Assembly: GCA_964291655.2 (NCBI GenBank)
Contig: OZ219801.1
Span: 352,001-416,000 of the forward strand
Source: Chloroflexota bacterium
GTDB taxonomy: Bacteria > Chloroflexota > UBA11872 > VXOZ01
Direction: 5' to 3'
DNA: 64,000 nt
Below are positions 38,878 through 48,874 of this stretch, in pieces; the first letter of the stretch is position 1; each line of letters begins with the position of its first letter. The notes below the pieces were generated by a model. That model saw nothing but the letters and a program-made list of their open reading frames with translations. It was not told the DNA's origin and searched no databases. The position numbers were made by a program, and so were the translations under genes.

Positions 38878-38994
38878 GAAGCGAGGAATCTAGGATTCCC
38901 ATCGAGTATCCCATCCTCGCTTCGCCCATTGGACTTGCCAACCGAACCATAGACCAGCGCGCGGGCCGCCTATGAGCGGTCACCCGCTGCTAGC

Positions 38995-40416
38995 CTAAAG
39001 CCCTAGCTCTTTGCGCCAGTCCTCAGCAATAATGTTCATCTGCTCTTCTGCCGTGGCGAGAGCTTCCTGAATGCCCACCTCGCCGTTCCAGATTGAGCCG
39101 ACCCAACCGCCTGTAAGCACCTCAATGCGCATCTGATCGGAGCCGGGCACGCCAAAGCCCAGGGTCGAGGTGCGATATTGCATGTTCTCAGACATGTGGA
39201 GCACGAACGGATCGTTCTCGTGGAATTCCTCGGACAGCGTCGCCGACTTGCGCACCGGCACACGGTCGAAGGTCTTGGTGAACGCCAGCGTATTCTCCGG
39301 CCGGGCCAAGAACTCAAGCAATGCAAAGGACTCTTCCGCCACTTCCGTCCAGCCGGAGACCATATGGATCCAGGCGCCGCCGAGGCTTACTTGTCGCGCC
39401 GCATTGGCCGGCAAGGGGAATCCCGTGTACCCAAACTCATAGTCCGGGTCAATCGGGCGAATTTGCTGCTTGCGCTCGGCATACGTCATGTAGATGCTGG
39501 CGCACTTAGCATTGACGAGCGCTGCACCCCGGTCTCTGCCGGAGGGACGTGCTGATTCTTGGAATTCCTTGATGGAGGCGAATCCATCCTGCAGATCCCA
39601 CAACCGCTTAACGAATGTAAAGGCTTCAATACCCTCAGGTGTATTGAAAGTCATCTTGGTGCGGTCATCGTTCGTTCGACTACCGCCAAGCTGCAACAGG
39701 GGGAGCATGAAGAGCCACGTGCCGTTCGAGCCCCAGTCCGGCGGAAAACCCGCGACCGTGAGGTTGCCAGCAGCGTCTTTCTGCGTCGTCTTTTGGATGG
39801 CTTCCTCAAATTCGTCCCACGTCTGCGGTCCGACCGCCGGGTCCAGTCCACCATTGAGATAGAGATCGATGTTCATATAAAGCACGCGCATGTCTGGGCC
39901 GTACGGCATGCCGAACACCCGGCCGTCGCGCCAGATTACTGGCTCCATCAAGCCTTCCCAGACGTCGTCCATATCCAGGGCGGTAGCCTTGATGTAGTCA
40001 TTCAGATGCAGAACGGTGCCCTGCAGTCCCCGGTCAATCGGCGTGCCTTCGCCGCCGGTCACCACGTCATAGGGAATGTTCCCGGCGGCAGCCGCCGCGA
40101 ATGCCTCGTTACGGTTGCCCGTATAGGGTTCTACGAGCAGATTGATGTTGGAGAATTCTGCGCTGAATGCCTCCATCAAACCGTTAGATACGTGCCCTTC
40201 TTCGTGGAACCTGAATGCGGGATTCGGCACGAATACCACGTCCACCGGCTCGGCCGGTTGCGGCGCTGCTTCGGCCTTCTGTTCCGCTGGCTTTTCAGCA
40301 GCCATCTCAGGTTGTACTGTTGCCGTGCCGCAAGCTGCAAGGGCAGCCATAACAGGAATGCTGCTGGCTGCAACTAGCAGCTTTCGTCGCGTTATCGTTT
40401 CTGCTTTTTTGGCCAT
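38995..40416 (-). CDS. Family-1 extracellular solute-binding Tat-lipoprotein
   Basis: TRRKLL twin-Arg plus LAAC lipobox; LYMNIDL, PQTWDEF. Confidence 0.88.
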   Translation of the reverse strand: MAKKAETITRRKLLVAASSIPVMAALAACGTATVQPEMAAEKPAEQKAEAAPQPAEPVDVVFVPNPAFRFHEEGHVSNGLMEAFSAEFSNINLLVEPYTGNRNEAFAAAAAGNIPYDVVTGGEGTPIDRGLQGTVLHLNDYIKATALDMDDVWEGLMEPVIWRDGRVFGMPYGPDMRVLYMNIDLYLNGGLDPAVGPQTWDEFEEAIQKTTQKDAAGNLTVAGFPPDWGSNGTWLFMLPLLQLGGSRTNDDRTKMTFNTPEGIEAFTFVKRLWDLQDGFASIKEFQESARPSGRDRGAALVNAKCASIYMTYAERKQQIRPIDPDYEFGYTGFPLPANAARQVSLGGAWIHMVSGWTEVAEESFALLEFLARPENTLAFTKTFDRVPVRKSATLSEEFHENDPFVLHMSENMQYRTSTLGFGVPGSDQMRIEVLTGGWVGSIWNGEVGIQEALATAEEQMNIIAEDWRKELGL

Positions 40417-40591
40417 TAGAGTCTCCTCTTACCCGTACTACAAAGAAACTAGACTGAGCTGCGCTTACCTCCTAACCACAATCCTGCTACCTCGTTCGCA
40501 AAGAGGGGCAGCCTCCTCTTGGTGCAGAGTATACCACGCTAAGACACATCCCATGGTGGCAATACTTCAGCATAGCGTCACTACTGTTCGT

Positions 40592-41422
40592 CTATGGCTT
40601 CTTCGCCGACGATAGCACTGCCGCCATAGGCAATCGGTAAACTCCATCCTCATCGAAACTAGCCACACCGTCGCGCACCTCCTGTCGTATGGCAGCCAGC
40701 GCTTCCGCTGACTGCGCCTGCAGAAGCGCTCCCGTGCGCACAGCGCCGTGCAAGAATGTATCAAAGAGCGTGTCCACATGCGGAAAGTCCCACTTGGTAT
40801 GCAATTCTTCCACGCGAGGAGATGAGAATCCGGCTTCCTTCAGGACGAGCCTGCTCTCAGCCGGATCGCTGAAGCGAAAGAAGGGCGGTCCGTCCGGCAA
40901 GGGCACGTCCATGTTGCCATGCTCGCCAATGGCATCGAGGATTATCCTAAAGCCCAAACTAATCTGGGGATCTGCCCACACGGAAAATGCGATGCGGCCC
41001 CCGGAGCGTAACACTCGATGCGCCTCCGCCACCGCCAACTCCGGCTGAGCAACGTGCAGCAAGCCGAAGTTCATAAGCACGGCATCAAACTGGGCAACCG
41101 GAAAGGGCAGCCTTTCGGCACTGGCAGTCTGAAATGAAATATCGGGGTATTGCTGGCGTGCCACGTCGACTGCCGCTTCCGCAAAGTCAATGCCGACCAC
41201 CTGGGCGCCGCGAACCGTTGCCGCTGCCGCCACATAGCCGGGCCCTGTGGCAACGTCCAGCACACGGCATCCGGCCTCTACATTACCGGCGTCCAGCAAT
41301 GGTTCGATGAAGCGCGTTGTGAGGGCTGCAAAGTAGCGGTGATAGTCTCCCGCTACTCGCTCCCACCCCGCTTTCTCGAATTCATAGAACTCACTGTCGA
41401 ATTCTTGACTGCGGCTCGGCAT
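40592..41422 (-). CDS. Class I SAM-dependent methyltransferase
   Basis: VLDVATGPG, SAERLPF...FDAV, HRVLRSGG. Confidence 0.9.
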   Translation of the reverse strand: MPSRSQEFDSEFYEFEKAGWERVAGDYHRYFAALTTRFIEPLLDAGNVEAGCRVLDVATGPGYVAAAATVRGAQVVGIDFAEAAVDVARQQYPDISFQTASAERLPFPVAQFDAVLMNFGLLHVAQPELAVAEAHRVLRSGGRIAFSVWADPQISLGFRIILDAIGEHGNMDVPLPDGPPFFRFSDPAESRLVLKEAGFSSPRVEELHTKWDFPHVDTLFDTFLHGAVRTGALLQAQSAEALAAIRQEVRDGVASFDEDGVYRLPMAAVLSSAKKP

Positions 41423-41812
41423 AGCTTTCCCCCCTATGTTTAGCCTACACATACAACATTGTAACGAGACAAGCCGGCCATGACTCTCTCCAAGCTGCGG
41501 CGCCGTCGGTACCATCCGCCCGAGACAAGGTAGCGTGAAGTCGGGACATCCACCCTAGAATGCGGCTAGTTCGCAACTAATGTATAGCGCGACACAACAG
41601 TAGTCATTGCAGGTAGCAGCCCAAAGTCGCATTCCCTCGCAACCCTCAAAGCGCGAGCGTGTACGCTGCGTGCTCAAGAATGCTATAGTATGGGATGATC
41701 TTCTGTGCAGCCACATGCGGGTGTTGATATCGCGCTCCACGCGAGAAGCACAACGCGGATGGCTGGACAGTGGACACATACGAATCCCAAGCTGTAGTCT
41801 AAGGAACGTCGC

Positions 41813-42724
41813 ATGTGCGGCATAATAGGCTTTCTGGATAAGGCTGGCGAGGGGGCCGCGCCGGTTGGCAACACGGTGCTCACTATGCTCAATGCCTTGG
41901 CGTGCCGCGGCCCGGACTCTGCGGGTGTCGCGCTCTATACCGGCGCAAGCAACGGACATACCGTGCTGCGCGTTAAGTTGGGCGAGAATGGCACCTTTGA
42001 GGGACGCCGCGAGAACATCACCGAGCGCGTACAAACTCTGGGCGAAATACATGGTGAGTCAACCACGGAAGAGTACCTTCGCCTTGAGTTAGACTTTCAG
42101 GGCGATCCCCGTGAGCTCAGCGCGCTTATCGAGTCAGAGGCAGAAAACGTCGAAGTCGTAAGCATGGGCAATGCCTTGGAAATCGTCAAGCAGGTAGGTA
42201 CTCCGGAAAATCTCGAGCAGACTCACGGTGTCTCGCGCATCACCGGCACTCACGGTATCGGTCATACGCGCCTCTCCACTGAATCACGCGTAGACCTGAG
42301 TCATTCGCAGCCATTCTGGGCACACGGCATGCCTGACCTCGCGGTGGTCCACAATGGGCACATCACCAATTACCACAACTTGCGCAGGCTCTATGAGCAG
42401 CACGGCGTACGGTTCTATACGGAAAACGACTCTGAAGTCATCGGTGTCTACCTGGCAGACCGCATATCGCAAGGCATGTCCCTCAAAGAGGCGCTCACTG
42501 CCTCCTTGTACGACCTGGACGGCTCCTTTAGCTATCTGGCAGCGACTCAGCATGAGCTGGGATTTGCCAAAGACCGCTTCGCCCTCAAACCGCTCCTCTT
42601 TACCGAAACGGACGACTCCGTTGTGGTCGCCACCGAGGAGATCGCAATTGAGAATGCGTTCCCGGGCATAGGCGGTGTGCGTGAGGCACAAGCGAAGGAA
42701 ATACAGGTATGGCAGTTGAACTAG
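41813..42724 (+). CDS. mgsA: N-methylglutamate synthase subunit A (class II glutamine amidotransferase-like)
   Basis: MCGIIG, RGPDSAG, GHTRLSTES, HNG.I.NY, ENDSEV; operon context. Confidence 0.85.
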   Translation: MCGIIGFLDKAGEGAAPVGNTVLTMLNALACRGPDSAGVALYTGASNGHTVLRVKLGENGTFEGRRENITERVQTLGEIHGESTTEEYLRLELDFQGDPRELSALIESEAENVEVVSMGNALEIVKQVGTPENLEQTHGVSRITGTHGIGHTRLSTESRVDLSHSQPFWAHGMPDLAVVHNGHITNYHNLRRLYEQHGVRFYTENDSEVIGVYLADRISQGMSLKEALTASLYDLDGSFSYLAATQHELGFAKDRFALKPLLFTETDDSVVVATEEIAIENAFPGIGGVREAQAKEIQVWQLN

Positions 42725-43422
42725 ATTGCTCCGGCAAGACTATCCGCCAGATCAACACTGCCATCAAAGCGCACATTGCCAGCGGAGAAGAAGAGGTCTT
42801 GGTACGCAATCCCGGCGCCCGGCACAACCTCGGTGTCGCGCTGCTCCAGCCCTCGACCGTAACTTTCGACGGTAGCGTAGGCTACTTCTGCGGCGGCTTA
42901 ATGGATGGCGCCACGGTGGAAGTCAATGGGAGCACCGGCTGGGGCCTGGCGGAGTCAATGCTCTCCGGCACAGTCACGGTCCGCGGCAGCGCCGGCAACG
43001 GAGCGGCAGCGACAATTCGCGGCGGCACCGTAGTTATACACAAACATGCGGCGGCGCGGGCCGGCGTGGCTATGAAGGGCGGCCTCCTGTTGATTGGCGG
43101 GAACTGCGGCTACATGGCCGGTTTCATGGGACAGCGGGGTACCATAGTCGTTTGCGGCGACGCGGGCGATGCCTTTGCAGACTCTATGTATGAGACCAAG
43201 TGCTATGTGGGCGGCAAGATTGGCGAATTGGGCAACGATGCCGTTATAGAGAACCTAAGTTCGGAAGACACTGCGTTTCTCGAAACCACCTTCGCCGCGC
43301 ATCTTCCCGACCGCTTGGCCGATCTGACTACGCGCTTGGCGGACTTCAAGAAGATCGTCTCCGGTCGCCGCCTGTGGAACTTCGACAAGACCGACTGGGA
43401 CGTTTGGCAGCAGGTGGTCTAA
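42709..43422 (+). CDS. mgsB: N-methylglutamate synthase subunit B (GXGXG domain)
   Basis: NPGARHNLGV and GXGXG repeats; overlaps mgsA. Confidence 0.85.
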   Translation: MAVELDCSGKTIRQINTAIKAHIASGEEEVLVRNPGARHNLGVALLQPSTVTFDGSVGYFCGGLMDGATVEVNGSTGWGLAESMLSGTVTVRGSAGNGAAATIRGGTVVIHKHAAARAGVAMKGGLLLIGGNCGYMAGFMGQRGTIVVCGDAGDAFADSMYETKCYVGGKIGELGNDAVIENLSSEDTAFLETTFAAHLPDRLADLTTRLADFKKIVSGRRLWNFDKTDWDVWQQVV

Positions 43423-43652
43423 CCGAAGACGCTCTAGGTGTTCGCGAGCAATTCTCGCAGCAAAAAGAAACTAGCCCGCTCTTGCGCTTTGTTAGACATG
43501 AGGTTTGGCATTAATCGAGAGCAACCGCAACAAGATCCCACGATCGGGAGCTCCAAGAGCTAATCCATAGACTGGTTTAGGGAACAAGAACAGAAAACAT
43601 TAGCCGCATTCCCATTTGAAACAAGAAATCCTGGTAGGAGGAGCAAGGGACT

Positions 43653-45002
43653 ATGACAGACGGCGAAAACGGCCGCCTGCGACCTAGCGGAACATATACC
43701 CCTGAAGTAATCGCCGAAATTCAAGAGAAGGCGCAACTTGGGCGCTACATCATGCGCGGTTTCGGCACACTGCGGGAGCGCAACTGGTCGACGTTTGACG
43801 ACCTTACTTTCCTCCCTTGCACCTTGACCCGCATACCATTGGAAGGCTATCGCGAGCACTGCTCGACGAAGACCGTCATCGGTAGTCGCTACGCTGAGAA
43901 TCCGATCGAACTCGACATTCCCGTTATGATTACGGGCATGAGTTGGGGCGCGCTATCCTACAACGCCAAAGTAGCGCTGGCGCAGGGCGCGGCTGCCGTC
44001 GGCTCGTCAAACACTACCGGCGACGGCGGCATGTTGGAGGCAGAACGGGAAAACAGTAAGACCCTGGTCTACGAAGTCCTGCCCTCCCGCTACGGGATAA
44101 GTATCCACCACGCACGCGCCGCCGACGCCATTGAGTTGACGATCGGTCAGGGTGCAAAACCGGGCACCGGCGGTCTGCTGCTCGGCTCTAAAGTCTCGGA
44201 CGTAATTGCCGAGCAACGGGATCTCCCTGTCGGTGTGGACCAACGCAGCCCCGCACGCCATCCGGACTTTCTGGGTCCCGATGACATGATTATCAAGGTC
44301 GAAGAACTCCGCGAGGCCACTGACTGGAAAGTGCCGATCTTCATCAAGATGGGCGCGACGCGCGTATTCGACGACGTACGGCTCGCCGCCAAAGCGGGCG
44401 CCGACGCGGTGGTGGTGGACGGCATGGAAGGCGGCACCGGCGCGTCGCCGGAAATGCTGCAGGAACACACGGGCATCCCCACGTTGGCCGCAGTATGCGA
44501 GGCGCGCGCTGCTCTGGAAGACTTGGGCCTCTATGGCGAAGTGCAACTCATCATAGCCGGAGGTATCCGGCACGGCGTGGATGCCGCGAAAGCCCTCGCC
44601 CTTGGCGCGGACGCCGTCTATATTGGTACGTCCGCCCTCATCGCGCTCAATTGTAATAAGTCTCTATACGTAGAAGACTATGAAGCGCTAGGCACGAAAC
44701 CTGGCTTTTGCCACCACTGCCATACGGGTAGATGCCCTGTCGGCATTACGACCCAAGACCCGGAACTCATGAAGCGACTGCCTATCGACGAGGCCGCCGA
44801 GCGGGTCTCCAGCTATCTGCGCGCGATGGTCTCGGAAATGCAGATGCTGGCGCGGGCCTGCGGCAAGGCCGACGTACACGACCTGGACCCGGACGACCTG
44901 CGTGCGCTGACCTCGGAAACCTCGATGATTTGCGGTATCCCCCTCGTCGGCACGAACCGCATCGTCGGCGGCGGACCTGGCTGGGAAGAGCGGGGACACT
45001 AG
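43653..45002 (+). CDS. mgsC: N-methylglutamate synthase subunit C (FMN glutamate-synthase-like)
   Basis: GMSWGALS, TTGDGG, GQGAKPG.GG, CHHCHTGRCPVGITTQDP. Confidence 0.88.
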   Translation: MTDGENGRLRPSGTYTPEVIAEIQEKAQLGRYIMRGFGTLRERNWSTFDDLTFLPCTLTRIPLEGYREHCSTKTVIGSRYAENPIELDIPVMITGMSWGALSYNAKVALAQGAAAVGSSNTTGDGGMLEAERENSKTLVYEVLPSRYGISIHHARAADAIELTIGQGAKPGTGGLLLGSKVSDVIAEQRDLPVGVDQRSPARHPDFLGPDDMIIKVEELREATDWKVPIFIKMGATRVFDDVRLAAKAGADAVVVDGMEGGTGASPEMLQEHTGIPTLAAVCEARAALEDLGLYGEVQLIIAGGIRHGVDAAKALALGADAVYIGTSALIALNCNKSLYVEDYEALGTKPGFCHHCHTGRCPVGITTQDPELMKRLPIDEAAERVSSYLRAMVSEMQMLARACGKADVHDLDPDDLRALTSETSMICGIPLVGTNRIVGGGPGWEERGH

Positions 45003-45159
45003 CCGGGATGCCCTGCAACTAAGCACCTGAGTCTTTCGCTCATCTTTGGAATACACGTGTGGGTGATTTGAGCGCATTTGTCTTGTGGCCTTCCTCCAAG
45101 TTGGTAGAGACCTTGAGTCCTGAACAGGCCCTTAACCGTCAACCCTGTAAGGTATTTGC

Positions 45160-45420
45160 ATGTCTTTCCTGATTCCGTGTCCCAACTGCGGCAAGCGCAG
45201 CGTCTACGAGTTTCGCTTTGGCGGTGAGGTGAAGTCCCGGCCGGAAGCGGGTTCGAGCGACGAGGCGTGGCTGGGCTATAGTTACGCCACAGGTAACTCC
45301 GAGCGCTCTCAGAAGGAATGGTGGTTCCACACCTACGGCTGCCGCCAGTGGCTCTTTGCCGTGCGCGACACGCTGACGAACGAGGTGACGGGGACGAGTC
45401 TGCCCGAGGAGGAACTGTGA
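45160..45420 (+). CDS. mgdB: N-methylglutamate dehydrogenase/sarcosine oxidase delta subunit
   Basis: IPCPNCG.R...EF..GGE; EWWFH..GC..W. Confidence 0.85.
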   Translation: MSFLIPCPNCGKRSVYEFRFGGEVKSRPEAGSSDEAWLGYSYATGNSERSQKEWWFHTYGCRQWLFAVRDTLTNEVTGTSLPEEEL

Positions 45421-48191
45421 GCCGCAATTCTGAATCTCGTCATTCCGGCGAAAGCGGGAATACATCTTCGGCCGCCTCGGATCGTAACGGACATTCCGCC
45501 GTGACTTTCCACTTCGATGGCAAGCCCATCGAAGCCCATCCACAAGATACGGTAGCTTCTGCACTTTACCGTTCCGGACAGCGCATCTTCAGCCGCAGTT
45601 TCAAGTACCATCGCCCGCGCGGCCTGCTGTGCGTTTCGGGTAGGTGTCCCAACTGCATGATAAACGTGGACGGCACGCCCAACGTGCGCGCGTGCACGCA
45701 GCCGGTCCAAGACGGCATGCAGATCACCCACCAGAATGCCTATCCTTCCTTAGAGTCCGACTTCATGGCCGTTGCCGAACGGTTTGCCTGGGCCATGCCC
45801 GTAGGGTTCTATTACAAGACCTTTACGCATCCCTGGATGTGGCACCTTGCAGAACCGCTTATTCGCCGCGCCGCAGGCTTGGGCAAGATTGACCGCGACC
45901 CAAAATCGGATGCCGAACACCCGTATGAGCACGTATTCCTGCATACCGCGACCGCCGTAGTTGGCGGGGGGCCCTTCGGATTGCGGGCTGCCCTTGACGT
46001 GGCAGAGCGGGGCGAAGAAGTGGTTCTGATCGACGATCAGCCGGAGTTGGGCGGTCACACACGCTATACGGGCTCCGGCAACGACAATTCGAGCGCAGTC
46101 TCATTCCCGGAAACCTCATCCGGTGGCCAATCCACTGATGAACTCTCAGCGCTGGTGAAGCGTGTGCATGAGCATCCCAAAGTCACCATCTTCACCGACG
46201 CCACCTGCTTCGGAATCTATGAAGACAATCTGCTGGGTATCGTGCATCAGGGTCCTGGATCCCCGGTAGCCCAGCGTCTCACGCAACTGCGTACTGAACG
46301 CATCGTCGTCGCCACGGGCGCCCATGAAATCCCGTTGTTGTTCGAGAATAACGATGTGCCCGGTGTCATGCTCAGTAGCGGCGTCCAACGCCTCATCGGC
46401 CTGCATGGAGTGAAGCCGGGCGAACGTGCCGTAGTGGTTGGCACGGCAGAAGCAGCGGGATCAGTAAGCGGCGCGCTAGAGGCTGCGGGTACTGCGATTG
46501 TAGGGACTGTCCCCTTGGACCAAGTTGTCAAAGCCGTCGGTCGTAAGCATGTCTCAGGTCTTCAGACTTCCGAGCAGCTACTCGCGTGCGATCTCGTCGT
46601 CATGTGCGGCGATTGGGTGCCGGACGCAGGCCTCGTCGCCCAGGCTGGCGGCAACGTGGCGTGGGATGATGAGCGGGCCGTTTTCGTTACAAGTGACTTG
46701 CCGGATGGTGTCACAGCAGTGGGAGCAGTGACCGGTGAAACGCTGCCTCCTGCTACAACCCTCTTCCAGAATTCCGATTCGAACCCTAAAAAGACATTCG
46801 TTTGCCCCTGTGAGGACGTTTCGCTTCATGACCTGCGTACAGCTATCGATGAAGGCTTCGATCACATCGAAACGCTCAAGCGGTACACCACTACCACGAT
46901 GGGGCCCTGCCAAGGCAAGATGTGTCACCAAGCCGCCATCGGGATCTGCGCGCAGCAGACCGGGCAGACAATACAAGAAACCGGCAGAACAACATCGCGG
47001 CCACCGACATCTCCCGTACCGCTCGGAGCGCTGGCCGGGCCCCACTTACATCCGGTCAAGCGCACACCCATGCATGTCAAGCACGACGAACTCGGCTGTG
47101 TCTGGATGGACATGGGCGAGTGGAAACGTCCGCTCTACTACGGTACGCCGGATAGCAAAAAGGAATCCGTGGAACAAGAGTACTGGGCGGTACGCCAGCG
47201 CGTCGGTCTAATCGACTTGAGCACCCTCGGCAAACTCGACGTCATCGGCCCAGACGCCGGCAAGCTCCTGGACAAGGTCTACACCAATCGCTTTTCCGAT
47301 CTGCGTGTAGGTCGCGCCCGCTACGGCGTTATCTGTGATGAGGCGGGCATTATCCTGGACGACGGCACCGTCTCCCGCCTTGGCGAAGACCATTATTTCA
47401 TTACCACCACCACCGGCAATATCGAGTTCGTGGAGGAGTGGCTGGAGTGGTGGCTCGCAGGCTCCGGCATGTGCGTGCACGTCACGAATGTCACCGGCGG
47501 CATGGGCGCCGTAAACGTGGCCGGTCCCAAGGCCCGTGAAACGCTCGCCAAGCTTACCGACCGGGACCTCAGCAACAAGCGCTTTGGCTACATGCGCTGC
47601 CGCAAAGCCGATGTAGCGGGTGTACCCAGTCTCATGTTGCGCATCGGTTTCGTCGGCGAGACTGGATGGGAGATTCACTTTCCCGCGGAATACGGCGAGC
47701 ACATCTGGGATGCCATCATGGAAACCGGCGCGGAGTTCGATATCCTGCCCTTTGGCGTGGAAACACAACGCGTGCTTCGCCTCGAAAAGAAACACGTGAT
47801 CGTCAGCGTCGATACCGACGCCACGAGCAACCCCATCGAGTCTGACCTGGCCTGGGTAGCAAAACTTGATAAAGAAGACTTCATAGGCAAAGCAGCCATC
47901 AGCCGCGCGAAGGACCGTGCCCCGCGGGAAAGGCTTGTGGGGTTTGTTATGGATGAGAATGTGCTGCCGCCGGACGGTTGCGTGATCATTGCCGACGGTC
48001 AGCCGGCGGGGCGCATCACGAGCGTGCGCTATTCACCGGTGAATGAGAGGATCATAGGCTTGGCCTGGGTTGCCGCAAGCCTTGCGGTCGCCGACCAGAC
48101 AATAGAAGTGCGTGTCGACGGCCGCCCGGTAACGGCCAAGATTAAAGACGAACCATTTTACGATCCCGCGCAGGCGCGACTCCGCCAGTAA
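45417..48191 (+). CDS. mgdC: N-methylglutamate dehydrogenase/sarcosine oxidase alpha subunit
   Basis: SRSFKYHRPRG, 2Fe-2S cysteines, IETLKRYTTTTMGPCQGK, GcvT-like folate-binding domain. Confidence 0.88.
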   Translation: MSRNSESRHSGESGNTSSAASDRNGHSAVTFHFDGKPIEAHPQDTVASALYRSGQRIFSRSFKYHRPRGLLCVSGRCPNCMINVDGTPNVRACTQPVQDGMQITHQNAYPSLESDFMAVAERFAWAMPVGFYYKTFTHPWMWHLAEPLIRRAAGLGKIDRDPKSDAEHPYEHVFLHTATAVVGGGPFGLRAALDVAERGEEVVLIDDQPELGGHTRYTGSGNDNSSAVSFPETSSGGQSTDELSALVKRVHEHPKVTIFTDATCFGIYEDNLLGIVHQGPGSPVAQRLTQLRTERIVVATGAHEIPLLFENNDVPGVMLSSGVQRLIGLHGVKPGERAVVVGTAEAAGSVSGALEAAGTAIVGTVPLDQVVKAVGRKHVSGLQTSEQLLACDLVVMCGDWVPDAGLVAQAGGNVAWDDERAVFVTSDLPDGVTAVGAVTGETLPPATTLFQNSDSNPKKTFVCPCEDVSLHDLRTAIDEGFDHIETLKRYTTTTMGPCQGKMCHQAAIGICAQQTGQTIQETGRTTSRPPTSPVPLGALAGPHLHPVKRTPMHVKHDELGCVWMDMGEWKRPLYYGTPDSKKESVEQEYWAVRQRVGLIDLSTLGKLDVIGPDAGKLLDKVYTNRFSDLRVGRARYGVICDEAGIILDDGTVSRLGEDHYFITTTTGNIEFVEEWLEWWLAGSGMCVHVTNVTGGMGAVNVAGPKARETLAKLTDRDLSNKRFGYMRCRKADVAGVPSLMLRIGFVGETGWEIHFPAEYGEHIWDAIMETGAEFDILPFGVETQRVLRLEKKHVIVSVDTDATSNPIESDLAWVAKLDKEDFIGKAAISRAKDRAPRERLVGFVMDENVLPPDGCVIIADGQPAGRITSVRYSPVNERIIGLAWVAASLAVADQTIEVRVDGRPVTAKIKDEPFYDPAQARLRQ

Positions 48192-48199
48192 GAGAATCA

Positions 48200-48874
48200 A
48201 TGGAATCACCACTTCGACAATCTCCGCTCCACCATGTTGCCTCCGAATTGGGCGCGACATTTAGCTCCCACCACGGTTGGAACATAGCGACGCAATTCGC
48301 AACGCCGGACGCGGAAGTTGCGGCCCTCAAGAGCGGTGTCGGCATGGCGGACGCGAGTTGGCTGGGCAAGCTGGAACTCAAGGGTCGCCAGCAAGAGTTG
48401 GAATCCATCACAATTGACGCAGGCAAGACATGGCGTCTGGCGCGAGGGCACTACTTTATTGCCTGTGATCCGATGAGCGGAGACGCAGTCATCGAGTCGA
48501 TAGAACGACAGGTTGCAGAGCGAGAAAGCACAGACCCGGCGTGGGCAGGCTGCGTTCACGTGGTAGACGTGACCTCCACCCTTGCGGGCATCCTACTCGC
48601 GGGCCCCCATAGCCGCGACGTGTTGCAGCGGCTGACTGCACCCGATGTTTCCGACTCCGCCTTTGCTAATGGAGCCTGCCTTAGCGCCAAAGTCGCCGGT
48701 CTGCACGCGCGGCTTGTGCGGGACGATCTTGACGCAACGCTGGCCTATGGGCTCTTTGTCGGCACCGAGTACGCCGCCTACGCCTGGGAAGCAATCATGC
48801 ACGCCGGGCATCAGTTCGGCATAGTGCCGGTAGGCCATGAGGCCGCGCAACGCATGCGGGGTGCCAAACCATGA
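48200..48874 (+). CDS. mgdD: N-methylglutamate dehydrogenase/sarcosine oxidase gamma subunit
   Basis: GcvT-like fold: VVDVTS....LAGP.SRDVL, YAAYAW. Confidence 0.75.
   Translation: MESPLRQSPLHHVASELGATFSSHHGWNIATQFATPDAEVAALKSGVGMADASWLGKLELKGRQQELESITIDAGKTWRLARGHYFIACDPMSGDAVIESIERQVAERESTDPAWAGCVHVVDVTSTLAGILLAGPHSRDVLQRLTAPDVSDSAFANGACLSAKVAGLHARLVRDDLDATLAYGLFVGTEYAAYAWEAIMHAGHQFGIVPVGHEAAQRMRGAKP

Noticed and set aside
41555-41812. Riboswitch upstream of mgsA
   Set aside because: Some pairing potential but no match to an aptamer consensus I recognise; an Rfam search is needed.
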